A stretch of 64,000 nucleotides of DNA from Eledone cirrhosa (Eukaryota): the NCBI GenBank assembly GCA_964016885.1, contig OZ024742.1, positions 266,538,001-266,602,000 on the forward strand. Reading direction: 5' to 3'. The notes beneath the pieces were generated by a model that saw nothing but the letters and a program-made list of their open reading frames with translations, was not told the origin of the DNA and did not search any database. Each line of letters opens with the position of its first letter. The stretch's first letter is position 1. This document shows positions 37,743-55,718 of this stretch, in pieces. The translations under genes and the position numbers were made by a program.

Positions 37743-40201
37743 CTATATATAGGGCTTAAAGTTTTGGAAGGAATGTCTGAGGCGGTGCTGGCAAGTTGCA
37801 AACACCTCAGATTTTTTGTTAAGTAGGTTACGGTTGGAGAAGATAATATTGTGTGTCTCTAGTATACAGAGGTTACAGAATTTATTAGGTGGTTTGTACG
37901 AGGTCGCGCTGCCTATCACTTCCCATTTGAGTGTGTATGGTTTATTTTTAGATTTTAGATAGTGTATGTAGCTAGAAAGTGAGGTGGAGTTGGCTAGGCT
38001 GTGCTTTTTGAACGAGTGGATGTGCGAGTTATATCTGATTTTGAAGCAGTTAGAAGTGGAGCCTACATAGGTTTCTGAAGAGTTATTAGTCATGACTGTG
38101 CATGAGTATATGACATCCTTGGTTAGGCATTTTTTATCTAAAGGGCAGGTTCTATTAGCTCTACAGTTACAATTATTCTGTGCGTTAGTCCGCTGGTTAT
38201 AATGCAATGCGGAAGTCTGTGTGGTGGATATAGGATTTTGGGTGTTCGGGTTGGCAACCCTGGTGTTATTACTTATACTAGTGTTATTTCTATTGTTACT
38301 GCCGTTGCTATTGTTGCTTGCTACAGTGGTATTTAGAGGGTTTGCATCCTGTTGTGATTTTGTTTGTTGGAAGTAAGAACTAATTTTACTATTATTGCTG
38401 CTAGCTATGTGGTATGCTAAGTTAGGCGTCGTAGAGTATGAGATTTTAATGGTGTTTTTGTTTAAGAGGTTGTGGTACTTGTGTCCTAGAGGGAAGTTTT
38501 TATCTAGTAGTGAGAAGAAAGCCCTAGGTATGTTGGTGGAGACATTTAGGTTGAAAGGAGGGTTGAAAAATGTATTATTTCTTCTTCTATTTTTGCTTTT
38601 AGTGTTTGGTGTGTTGCTTCCTCCTAAGGCCTCACAGTAGTTTCCATGGTAATGGTTACTTCCTGTGGCACCCTCCGCTTTGGTGTACTTGTGGTTGCTA
38701 TTCCTATTATTAGATTTCCTCATGGACATGTTGTGCGAGATTATGTTGTAGCTATGTGTTTTCTTAGGTAGGAACTCAATTTCTATATTATGGCCGGAGC
38801 TAGCTAATGCTTGATTGTAATATTGTGAGTTTTTGCTAAATATGTTTGCGTCATAGGACAGACTAGAGATTCTATTGGACACCCCCTTAGAGATAGAGTT
38901 TAATATTGATCTAGGGTGATTAGACTTGGTATCTACGTAAATAAGTTTCTCATTAGGCTTATGGAAAGTTGTATATATTTTTGAGTCTAGGTATAGTGTG
39001 GCGTCTAGGAAGTTAACATTTTTAGCGTTTTTGTCCATGGTGATACTAAGGTTAAAGTTTTTGAATGTCTTATGCAGTTGTTTTCTAGTTCTTTCTATAT
39101 TAAATTTTTTATATTCTATGAGTAGAAGTGCATCATCGCGGTACAAACCACCGTTGAGGTAAGGGAGGTCTTTATGGATTTCATTGAGGAGGTATAGGCC
39201 GACCAAATCAGTGACCTGCGCCGAGTCACTAGATCCCATGGTTATGTCGAAGTTGTTGTGCGTATCCTTGCGTGTCCATAGTTGGTCCTCGAAGGTGATT
39301 ATGGTTTTACGGGCCGCAAGGATGACATCAACCTGGGCTCTAGTCAGGTCGCTATTGGTCATGGCCATGATAAGTGCCTTATTTAATAGGATAGGGGAAA
39401 TAGAGGTGTAGTATGAATTGATATCAAATTGAATAAATTTTTTGTTCTTATTATTCTTGATATCCTTAAACCATTCAATTACTTCACCCGTATTTCCCCA
39501 TTGTTTAAGGTGTATCTTGTGTTTAATTTGTGGGATGATTTTATCCAAAATCTTCTTGCTGATAATACCAATGTCGGACTTGGAAGGGCAGATAAGTCTT
39601 ATCGTGGGGTTGCTGATGAAGTTCTCCTTATGGTCCTTCAGAGAGAATCTAGGGGGGTTCGGAGTGAAAGGTTGTGTATGCCTCTGTAGTCCTAGTTTAG
39701 ACACTATATTATAACCCTCTACATTAATATCTTCTAAGTTTTTCAAGGTGGTTTTTTTGTAGCTTTTATGTAGTTCATTATATATAAACTTCTATAAGTA
39801 ATATAATCTAGGCTGTATATGTTATTAGTTTTATCTGCGTGTACAATAATTTTATTACTAGTTTTGAATCCACTAATAGAAGTGTTAAGTTTGTTTAAGA
39901 AGGTGTTGCTTCTAATATGGTGCTTATTGTATTTAATGTTCTTAACTAGTTTAACTAGGTCATTTTCAAAGGAGTTAAGTAGAGTGTTATGAGGGGGGCT
40001 TTTAAAGGTTTTAAAGCCGAAGGAGTCAAAATTGTTAGTATTATTCAAGTTGTTAGATTTGTTTCTATCATAATGGAATGTCCTCCATCTCACTCTATTG
40101 ATAAATGAATTTACACTGTTGATCAGCAATTTCTCATATGTATTCCTGGATGGTATTGGTATGTTCTTGGTTGACATGGGGAGTTGGTCTTTGATTAGCA
40201 T
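37743..40201 (-). CDS. PLE reverse transcriptase-GIY-YIG endonuclease, split by one frameshift near 39780
   Basis: KNIPIPS...RVRW; HADKTNN; RLICPSKS; QFDINSYY; ITMGSSDSAQ; LYRDDAL; FLDATL; SNHP; CNC-x5-CPL; VIYSC...TYVGST; CNLC; CQH. ORFs 39743-40201 and 37743-39746 overlap. Confidence 0.9.
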
Positions 40202-42523
40202 ATTGGCAATATTATATGTCAGCTCAACGATATGGAGCAGTTAATAGTATTAGTTATACTATTTATGGTTATGTAAACACAAAACCTTAAGCAGTTGTAA
40301 GTATTTTACACACATCCTAAATAGTGGTAGGCAGTAATGTATTACTACCTTATTACCAGTAAGTTAAGTAGCTCAATATAAAAACATCAGATGATTTACA
40401 GAGCAGTTATATGAAATATAAGAATCAAAGAACTGTTCAAAACATTATTGTGCTTACAGCTGTTTCCTCCAAACCGAGGTTTGGATTCTTCGGAGCAATT
40501 TATTAATGCATGGACAGTTATATGACCTCCTCTTCAGCCGAGAGACATACCAAATACATATTCAAACATTGATACATATTCAAACATTGTGGGTCAACAT
40601 TCATTACAGAATTTAGAGTGGCAGTACACACTTCGAGATTACATTTATATTAATAGGTACAATCAAAAATCAAAGATATAGGTTAAAGTACAACATGAAG
40701 ATAAGTGGTTATATAGTGCAAATGTTATATGTGTGGCACGCATGTGCGTCTTGTTTATATAGTGTGGCAGAGAGATATGTGTGGTAGAGGCACTTAGGTA
40801 GGTAAATAAGAGTGTTAGGTTGGTAGGTCTGGTGGCAAAGTCTTTATATGATTGATATAGTCTGTGTGTGGAGAAATATTATAAGCATTAAAGATAGTGC
40901 AAGCATTAAAAGTGTTATAGGTATTGGAGATGCACAGCGCAGGGATGTCAAGTAATTCATGTACTTCGGCATTTTCATGGTCAAGGGAGTGTATATTTCG
41001 ATTATATGCCTTTCACATAATCCACGACAATCCAGTTAGAGATCGTAGTCTGGTGTTCTTTAGTTCGATACAGGAGGTTGTTACGTTTCGAGAAACGCCA
41101 TTGAATACCGGAAGTGTGTGTGTGGCTAAGGGGAGTTAATGCATGCGGGGAGGTAACTCTGGGGTTTCTATATCTAGCCATTAAAATGTGTCCCAATATA
41201 GACCCTAAATTCTATGGTGAGGTGCACCTTCCAAGAGAGACTTTTAAAGCATAAAGTGTACTAACTATAGAGTAGTTTAACTAAATTATGCTGAAGGTGA
41301 CCATATTATTATTAAGGTGGATTAACCCATCTTAAGGTGCTACAAATGGAAATTATAGATGATGAGCGAGGATTCTAAATTAATGATCTCTGTGGTTGTA
41401 GTCTGCTCATATGACCAGGCGCGGTGATTGCAGGATTGCTTCAGGACCCAATGATCTCTGGTAAGATCTGGGTCATCGCTTGCTACATTGGATGTCGAAA
41501 GATAATCGTCCCCAGGCAGGCCAAAGGTCAATCCGCAGTCCTCGCGACCCCTCTCTGACCGTCAGATCATCCATATACGTACAACCCGCACGGCAAGTTG
41601 CATTGCATTCACTCACTGCGCTCAGCAGCCCGGTCCTACTGGTCAACAGCGCTACTCGATTAAATCATTTTACATCTGTCTAAGGAAGGTGTTTCCTCTG
41701 CCCAACACCATCCAACCGATCAATTCATGCTCAAATTACCCTTAGAGCGGTGTAGTGCCATCAAGTGGGTGGATGTTGTCACACCTGCCGTAGAGGTATA
41801 AATGGGTATTTTCCCTGCGAAGGGTTCCAGAGGGATGTCGTTGTTTGTGTTATAATGGATCAGCTAGTGTTGGGTATGTAGTATAGGGTGTGTAGCCACA
41901 CACACACTTCCGGTATTCAATGGCGTTTCTCGAAACGTAACAACCTCCTGTATCGAACTAAAGAACACCAGACTACGATCTCTAACTGGATTGTCGTGGA
42001 TTATGTGAAAGGCATATAATCGAAATATACACTCCCTTGACCATGAAAATGCCGAAGTACATGAATTACTTGACATCCCTGCGCTGTGCATCTCCAATAC
42101 CTATAACACTTTTAATGCTTGCACTATCTTTAATGCTTATAATATTTCTCCACACACAGACTATATCAATCATATAAAGACTTTGCCACCAGACCTACCA
42201 ACCTAACACTCTTATTTACCTACCTAAGTGCCTCTACCACACATATCTCTCTGCCACACTATATAAACAAGACGCACATGCGTGCCACACATATAACATT
42301 TGCACTATATAACCACTTATCTTCATGTTGTACTTTAACCTATATCTTTGATTTTTGATTGTACCTATTAATATAAATGTAATCTCGAAGTGTGTACTGC
42401 CACTCTAAATTCTGTAATGAATGTTGACCCACAATGTTTGAATATGTATCAATGTTTGAATATGTATTTGGTATGTCTCTCGGCTGAAGAGGAGGTCATA
42501 TAACTGTCCATGCATTAATAAAT

Positions 42524-42570
42524 TGCTCCGAAGAATCCAAACCTCGGTTTGGAGGAAACAGCTGTAAGCA
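42524..42570 (+). ncRNA. Variant minimal hammerhead (CCGAAGA core) in the Hydra-like pLTR; copies at 36252-36298 (-) and 40451-40497 (-)
   Basis: TGCT-CCGAAGA-a-TCCAAACC tc GGTTTGGA-g-GAAA-c agct g-TA-AGCA. Confidence 0.65.
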
Positions 42571-42601
42571 CAATAATGTTTTGAACAGTTCTTTGATTCT
42601 T

Positions 42602-47602
<5,001 letters not shown>

Positions 47603-47635
47603 TATAATAACTTGTGTGTTACACCTCTATTCTTT

Positions 47636-47667
<32 letters not shown>

Positions 47668-47764
47668 GATTTTGAGTTTATGTTGGTTGTATACCAACAC
47701 CTCAGTATGCAGGCTGGAGCACTCGACGAAGTGCGCAGGTTGGTTTGGTTACTCCGGAGTAGTG

Positions 47765-48155
47765 TAAAATAAAGTTAAATAAAAGTCAAATGATTAAAAT
47801 TTAGCTTCGTTTATTACTGCTATATATATTTCAGTGACAGCCATCTTTGGCTGTGACCTCTTCAGGCAGTTTGAATTAGTATAGTATAGACAAGTACATA
47901 TGTTGTTTAGGTGTATAATATTGTCAATACTCTGATATGACTCCAGTTCCTCAGTGAATTAACAACCCAACAAGGAACTTGGCATATCAGAGTATTGACA
48001 ATATTATACACCTAAACAACATATGTACTTGTCTATACCATACTAATTCAAACTGCCTGAAGAGGTCACAGCCAAAGATGGCTGTCACTGAAATATATAT
48101 AGCAGTAATAAACGAAGATAAATTTTAATCATTTGACTTTTATTTAACCTTATTT

Positions 48156-48157
<2 letters not shown>
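47765..48157. mobile_element. Palindromic pLTR dimer with two outward-facing hammerheads (47816-47870 -, 48052-48106 +)
   Basis: Arms 47765-47939 and 47983-48157. The hammerhead sequence is the same as at 31294-31348. Confidence 0.9.
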
Positions 48158-48186
<29 letters not shown>

Positions 48187-48189
48187 TAA

Positions 48190-48300
48190 GAACAAGTATG
48201 ACCCCGACGGCAGAGCTCAAGCCGTTTCGACGGCTAATTCTGGAGTCCAGAATTAGCCGTCGAAATGGCTTGAGCTCTGCCGTCGGGGTCATACTTGTTC
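48190..48300. repeat. Near-perfect hairpin made from the 3' terminus of the 34061 PLE family
   Basis: ACAAGTATGACCCCGACGGCAGAGCTCAAGCCGTTTCGACGGCTA (also at 34062) is followed by its reverse complement. Confidence 0.9.
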
Positions 48301-48380
48301 CTATTACCCACTCTACTACACTAAGTATCGAGTACTTTGGTGCGTTATGGTCCATCTGGTTCCTTACCACATTTCCTTTG

Positions 48381-48436
<56 letters not shown>

Positions 48437-49137
48437 ACTTATATATTATGAAATACTGTTGGCTTCATGCTTACAATAATTTCTATACTTTCATTTATAT
48501 TTATACTCGGAATTTTTCCTAGAGTGCTTAAAATTATTTGTGACTAATCCCGGTCTTTTAAAAAAAAAACCGCGATAATATTGCTATTTTGCCGAACTCC
48601 TTACATTTTGTAGAGTTTTTTCGGAATGTTTTTTGACTGCTGTTTCTTGTAAATAGACATTCGCCTCATTCTGACGTCACCAGCCATGTCTCTCCATGTG
48701 TGTTTATTTTCATAATTACGCACGAGGTGAACTAGCCTGCTTTTAAATTCCCTTTTTGGCATATTCTAGGGTTATCGAGTTTGAGCTATACTGATGAACG
48801 ACTCCAACCGTGACCATCCCCACTAAAAAGTTTCGTGAAATAGTCTTTTTAAGACTATATAGAGAATTTGTAGTTTTTCCAAATTGAAGGATGAGTATTT
48901 AAACTTTATTTTATTCAGAATTAAGGCTCTATTGGTTTTTCCCTGGATTTCACAAAACGTGTGGATAAAATCTCTGTCTTGATTTTTTTTTGAATTGAGT
49001 TTGAATTATTTTCCCATATCTTACGTTAATTATTTTTCCATTTTGACGTTATAGTCACATATATATTATGAAATACTGTTGGCTTCTAGCTCACAATAAT
49101 TTCTATATTTTCATTTATATATATATATATATATATA

Positions 49138-49731
<594 letters not shown>

Positions 49732-49756
49732 GAGGGAATAATGATAATAATATTGG

Positions 49757-49945
49757 ATTGGCAGTATCGGTAGAGGGTCGGGCGCCACGCTTTGACGCAT
49801 AGAGTTACGGCCCTTTTAATTCTGACTTCGAATCCGGCCGAGGTTAACTTTGCCTGTCATCTTTACGGGATTGATAAAATAAAGTACCAGTAATGCACTG
49901 GGTAATTTCTGGCTTTGTGCCAAAAAATAGAAACAATTATTATTC
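49757..49945 (+). mobile_element. Young SINE copy
   Basis: GATTGGCAGTATCGGTAGAGGGTCGG...CTTTGTGCCAAAAAATAGAAACAATTATT, the reverse-complement homolog of 7143-7333. Confidence 0.85.
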
Positions 49946-49995
49946 ACTCACAAATACATTTAGGTATCCATCATGTCAGTGCGAATACAATTTTT

Positions 49996-50048
<53 letters not shown>

Positions 50049-50329
50049 ACATACACGCATATACACATGTGTACATATATCTATATATATAAAACAGAGG
50101 ATGTCTGTCTGTGTAAATCCCTAAAACTGGAGGAGTACCCGACTGATGTTTTTCAAACTTTACACATGCGTTACTTATTTTTTGAAGTACAATGGGCTAA
50201 AAAGTTTTAACTTTTTCTGCCCTAGGGCCCCCATTAGCCGAAACACCACATTTTAAAGGCGTTTTTAGGTTTTTTTGAGGCGTAACTGAAAGATAATCCA
50301 GCCAATTTCCTCGAAATTTGCAGCACACA

Positions 50330-50585
50330 TTAGTTACTCCCCTCGCATTGCTGTGGATAAAAAGGGTATGTATTGCTAATAAGTGTTTTTATGGAGGTAC
50401 CTGGTCTTTCTACTATATTAATAATGAGTTTATGTTTATCTAGGGCCCTTCTAAATTTGTAAGCTAATTCACCTCTAGGGATTGTATTGATGAACATTAC
50501 ACTCTGGTATTTATTGCTTTCATACCATGAGTTTATTCTATTAACCTTATTCCTAGTTCTTTCTATTCTATTCCAAAATTTGCTC
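50330..50585 (-). pseudogene. PLE fragment of the 21764-23152 family
   Basis: SKFWNRIERTRNKVNRINSWY...TIPRGELA, near-identical to ~22500-22722. Confidence 0.85.
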
Positions 50586-50589
50586 ATGT

Positions 50590-51195
50590 ATAGGAGCAAC
50601 ATAAACATTCATTCAGCCATCCAAGAGCATCACCGACTTTCTTGATTCTTAAGGATATCTCATAAAGTGTGGATGAATTGTTCAATGTACTACCAAGATA
50701 AACAAACTTTTCAGCATCTTTTAGCCTCTTTTCGTACACGTACACACTTGGTGTAGTGTATTCTTTCCCAGGTGCTAGCTGGTACATCTCAACAGTCTTT
50801 TACAAGCTTACTGTGTGGATCAAAGCGCTGCAAGCTTCAGAAAAAGAGTTCATAATATGATGAATGTCACTTTGTGAGTGTACAAAAAGATCGCATACAA
50901 AAACTCTCGGATTATAGATGTTAATACCTTCGTGCTTGCACCAAAGCACCTGATGCTGAACAACCTTCCTGAAGTGTGATACCTGATGTAAACTCCACGC
51001 GAACAATTTTTCCTGGATGCCATGAGTAAAATATAAGGAAAACAGAGTTGGAGCCGGAATGTCCCCCTGCTTCACTACATTTTCAACTGATATTGGTTAG
51101 AGATGCTACCACCAATACTGACCCAAGCCTTCATGCCATCATGAAAAAGACGCAGAATTTTCACAAACTTTGGAGTGCAGCCAAGCTTTTCCTGC
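50590..51195 (-). pseudogene. Degenerate RTE-clade RT fragment
   Basis: KQGDIPAPTLFSLYF; EKFVYLGSTL...EISLRIKK. Confidence 0.75.
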
Positions 51196-51298
51196 CGAGG
51201 TTGACTTTGCCTTTCATCCTTACGGGGTCGATAAAATAAAGTACCAGTAATGCACTGGGTTATTGCTGGCCTTGTGCCTAAAGTAGAAACAATTATTA
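51195..51298 (+). mobile_element. 5'-truncated young SINE copy
   Basis: CCGAGGTTGACTTTGCCTTTCATCC...GGCCTTGTGCCTAAAGTAGAAACAATTATT. Confidence 0.85.
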
Positions 51299-51354
51299 GC
51301 GTTAGTTTATGATTAGTTCCAATGTATTTTGTGTAGTTTTACGAAGTATTTGAT

Positions 51355-51480
51355 AAGCAGAGTTGGCTGCCCGTAGGCGCGAGCTCCACGAAGTAAAGTG
51401 GCTCTTCCAGCGCGTATCCCCCACCGTCATCCGGGACAATGTCTTCTTCTTCATTCTGTCGGCCGGGACCATGAGGCGAA
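51355..51480 (+). pseudogene. CRE-like 3'-terminal fragment
   Basis: Similar to 20453-20560 (AGTTGGC...TGGCTCTTCCAGCGCGT...TTCATTCTGTCGGCC). Confidence 0.65.
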
Positions 51481-52127
51481 CATGACATATCAGGGAAGGA
51501 GCCTGGTGGCAGTTCTCAGATAAAAGTGTTGATAATGCTGACGCACACACATTGACATTCATGTATTTATCTATTCTATTGTTAGCATGTATTTTATTCT
51601 GTATGTGTTTGTATATTTTAAATAGGATTATTATCTCTTGCCTTATATTTCTTTATGCATTGTTTGGTCCATTAATTTGCTGGAAAAGCCGCTGTTGACT
51701 AGAATTTGTTTTATTCTGTGTATTTCTTTATATAGCACTTCGTTTAAATGTATTTCTAAGTAAAGATTCTACTATTGACATTTTGTGTCTGCCTGGACAT
51801 TTACTGTCTCCATGCAAACTATAAGCATTAACTGTGCAAACAAACATAATGTGTCTGTTATTTTTAGAAATCTGTATATGTATAGGACTTATATGATTGT
51901 TTAGAGTTATATTTGTACTCTTCTAGATGTTGAAATTTAGTATGGCGTTGTAGAGACTCCATTATAACCTCAGTGTCTTTATAGTGAACCTGTCTACTTT
52001 AAAGAGACAGCAACACACTCCAATATCACTTCACATTGAGACAACGAAGATCTAAACAAAGTATTATAAGAAACTACAATACACTCACATGAACATACGA
52101 AAGACATTTTAGGAAAACGATGCAAGA

Positions 52128-52217
<90 letters not shown>

Positions 52218-53197
52218 GCCCCCATACGCACGCGCACATTTGTTCGTGGATAATGGTTACACGGTCCTCTGTAGAAGTATTCAAGAAGAATTTTATATTT
52301 CGTTTTTTTTTTGTTTAATATAATCAAGAAGTAAGTTAAGATGAGTTATTTCTATGTTAAGCACAAGTTGAATCTGAATATAGTTGGATTCTCAAAGATT
52401 ACACATAGTGGAAACCACTGAGTAATGACGGAGGAAAACATCAGCTTCGAACGAATACGCTTTCCATATAAGTATTGGGTACCATATACTACATATCAGC
52501 AGGAAATGCACATAGAAAAAAACAGTTACATAAAACAAACAGACAACTACACCTCAACCTCATCAACCACTCTACTTGGGTACAATTTCACACATTACGG
52601 TGGTATTGCACTTGTAATGATAGTTTGCGGGCACAACAGATTGGAGAACCGCATTGTTGGCAAGATGTGTGAGATGATTACAAAACAGAGAATTGACGGA
52701 AAAAATTCGCGGATGACTTTCGACAAAAGCAGAAATAGATACATAAAAACATTACGACTAGAAATAGGCACTGTGAAACGTTGGGCACGGATCGGCCCAA
52801 GCCTTCTGAGTGCATCGGATGGAATGTATCTGTAATTCAAAACACCGACCTTGTCATACACTGTGTCATACTGAATCTTCATGAGTGTTACGTTAAGGCT
52901 ACATGTATCTGCGGAATATTCAGCCACTTACATATTAAATCATGAACCGGCTAATCTATTGATCGAAAAACAAGAGCAACAAACGTCATCGAAATATGAT
53001 TTACACAAATTTCTAAAATGTCTTCTTTAACTATCACTCCACCTTCCCCTTCATTTGTTGTACACCTTTGTCTCGTATATCCGTTCACGCTTCCTCTAAC
53101 TCTTCTAGTTTTCAACGTTTCATGTAATTGTATGTATGATTGATGGTTGTAATCGCCCTCAGTGGCTTATTATACAAGAAGCAACTATTGTTCTTGA

Positions 53198-53387
53198 TTC
53201 TTCTTCTTCTTCTTCTTCTTCTTCTTCTTCTTCTTCTTCTTCTTCTTCTTCTCCTCCTCCTCCTCCCCATCACCACCACCACCACCACCACCACCACCAC
53301 CACCACCACCACCACCACCACCACCACCACCACCACCACCACCACCACCACCACCACCACTACCACCACCAAAATTATTAATATATA

Positions 53388-53420
<33 letters not shown>

Positions 53421-53490
53421 TTATTATTATTATTAAATCATCATTATCATCGTCGTTGTTGCCATCGTCGTCATCATCATCATCAGCATC
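53198..53490. repeat. Compound (CTT)n(CTC)n(CAC)n(AAT)n(CAT)n microsatellite
   Basis: Direct reading. Confidence 0.95.
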
Positions 53491-53963
53491 ATTAGCTCCT
53501 CTACATGATTAATGGAAATCCATTTAACGGCTTTATGACAATACCTGCTAAAGAAGTTCAGTGTTTTTCTCCTTCAGCAAAACCTTAAGAATGAATAGTA
53601 TGAATATTTTGCGTTTATTATTTTCTTTGAGAATAGAAATCTATATGAACTTTTTCCTTTTGGCTTCAGGCTGGAGAAAGGAAACATGTGTTATGTTCGA
53701 ACATTCACAAGTGCTTATTTGCCAGTGGTTACCCCAACTGTATCAAAAGTTAAAGCAGCTTGCAATGATTGATTTATCGAATATTATATTATGAAAATAA
53801 ACTCTAGCTAGCCTGAAGTGTTTCAAATCTACAATTTTATGACTTACATACGTTTTGGGTATCAGTATGAAATATTGATTGGGAAAATATATTATCAAAC
53901 GCACACGCACACACATATATATATGCATATATACATACCTATAATATATATATATACACACAC

Positions 53964-54022
<59 letters not shown>

Positions 54023-54318
54023 TGTGCGTGTGTGTGTATGTATGTATTTATGTATATATGTATCTATATATATGCATGTATATATATAGACTGACTTTCA
54101 CATTCATTGAATATTGTTTTTTTTGTCTACTTGACACTGGCAGACGAAAACAATTAGATTAATGAAGAATGCAAAATAAAAATTAAAAAAAGATCATAAT
54201 TTCATCTTTCCTAAGATGAATTATCACTGAGTGAAGAAAGAACGAGACATTGTTAGTTGAAAAGAAGACGTAAACAAAGAAGAAAAGGAATCGAAACTAT
54301 AATTAAAAAAGATAGAGC

Positions 54319-54356
<38 letters not shown>

Positions 54357-55084
54357 AAGAGTGAGAGAGAGAGAGACGAATATATATATATATATATGTG
54401 TGTATATATAAATCCGTATATGTATATATATATTTATAAAGTTTATTTTTAATTAGATTTACAACTGAATGCTTACTGATAAGTCTCTAGGAAAGAAATG
54501 TAGATAATAATAATAAAGAAAAGAATTAAAATGAATAAATAATAATTATGTCAAGCAGATTTATTTGCTGTTGATGTTGTTACTTTTGATTGCCTTTTCA
54601 AAACTTTTAAATGTTTTTGGAATAGATCTAGATATCGGAATAAAGTTATAAATTTTTACGAATTTCAAGAAGTAATCTAGTTTGACTAGATTCACTTGGA
54701 AATATTTGTCAAAATAACAAAATGCAAAACAAAAATATAAACAATAAAACCAAGGTGTCATATTTATATACACATACACATTCATACACAAATACATTCA
54801 TACGTACATACAAACATACACACACAAACTCATACAACACACATATATGTGTATATGTGTACGTGTGTATGCATCTATATATCTTTCTCTTAACACAAGC
54901 ACATTATTACACATGTATACAGATGCACAACCATATCCATATATATTGATAAAACTGATATACACTCACCTATACACACATCTTCACATACAAACACACA
55001 CACACACACACATGTATATGTGTGTGTATCTATGTATCTCTCACTTACCACAATCATATTAATAACTACAAACGTACATTCAAC

Positions 55085-55150
<66 letters not shown>

Positions 55151-55718
55151 GTGTGTGTGTGTGTATGAGTGTGTGTATGTATATGTATGCTTGTGCTTGT
55201 GTACGTGCATGTACTTGCCTGTGTTATCGAGTTGGGTGCGGATGCATTCATGTATATATGTGTGTGTCCGCATGTATCTGTGTGTTTCTAAATATATATA
55301 TATATATATATATTTGTGTGTGTGTGTGCGTGAGTGTGTGTGCGTGTGAGTGTGTGTGTGTGCTATGTGTGTGTGTATGTATATGTATGCATGTGCTTGT
55401 GTACGTGCATGTACTTGCCTGTGTTATCGAATGCATGAAGTAAACGAAGGGAATATGAGTTACTAGAAAAATTAAATTGCAATGGAGATATCGGTTGATT
55501 TGATAAACGTTCATGTTGGTTAAGATTTCATAGATATATGGCATATTGTTGACAGATACTGCTACACTAATTATATTAATAATTTAAATTTATTGCTAAG
55601 CAACGTAAAGTAGGAATCAACCGATTCACCATTTGGTTTCTATTCCAACATGTAATTACTCACAAAATCTAAAATACTAATGATTAATATCATCATAACT
55701 ACATTATTATTGTTATTA

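Larger units (their letters stand above)
36047..42610 (-). mobile_element. Near-intact Hydra-clade-like Penelope element: inverted partial pLTR, pLTR, ORF, pLTR, inserted in (TA)n
   Basis: Direct repeats at ~36047-37694 and ~40246-41893, an inverted copy at 41894-42610, an RT plus GIY-YIG ORF between them, and (TA)n at both ends. Confidence 0.95.

Noticed and set aside
39740-39790. Programmed ribosomal frameshift in the PLE ORF
   Set aside because: The shift maps best to a TATATATA run and PLEs normally have one ORF, so a slippage mutation or sequencing error is simpler.
52425-52835. 136-aa ORF as a possible host exon
   Set aside because: No recognisable domain; faint similarity to a decayed RTE C-terminus; no splice evidence.
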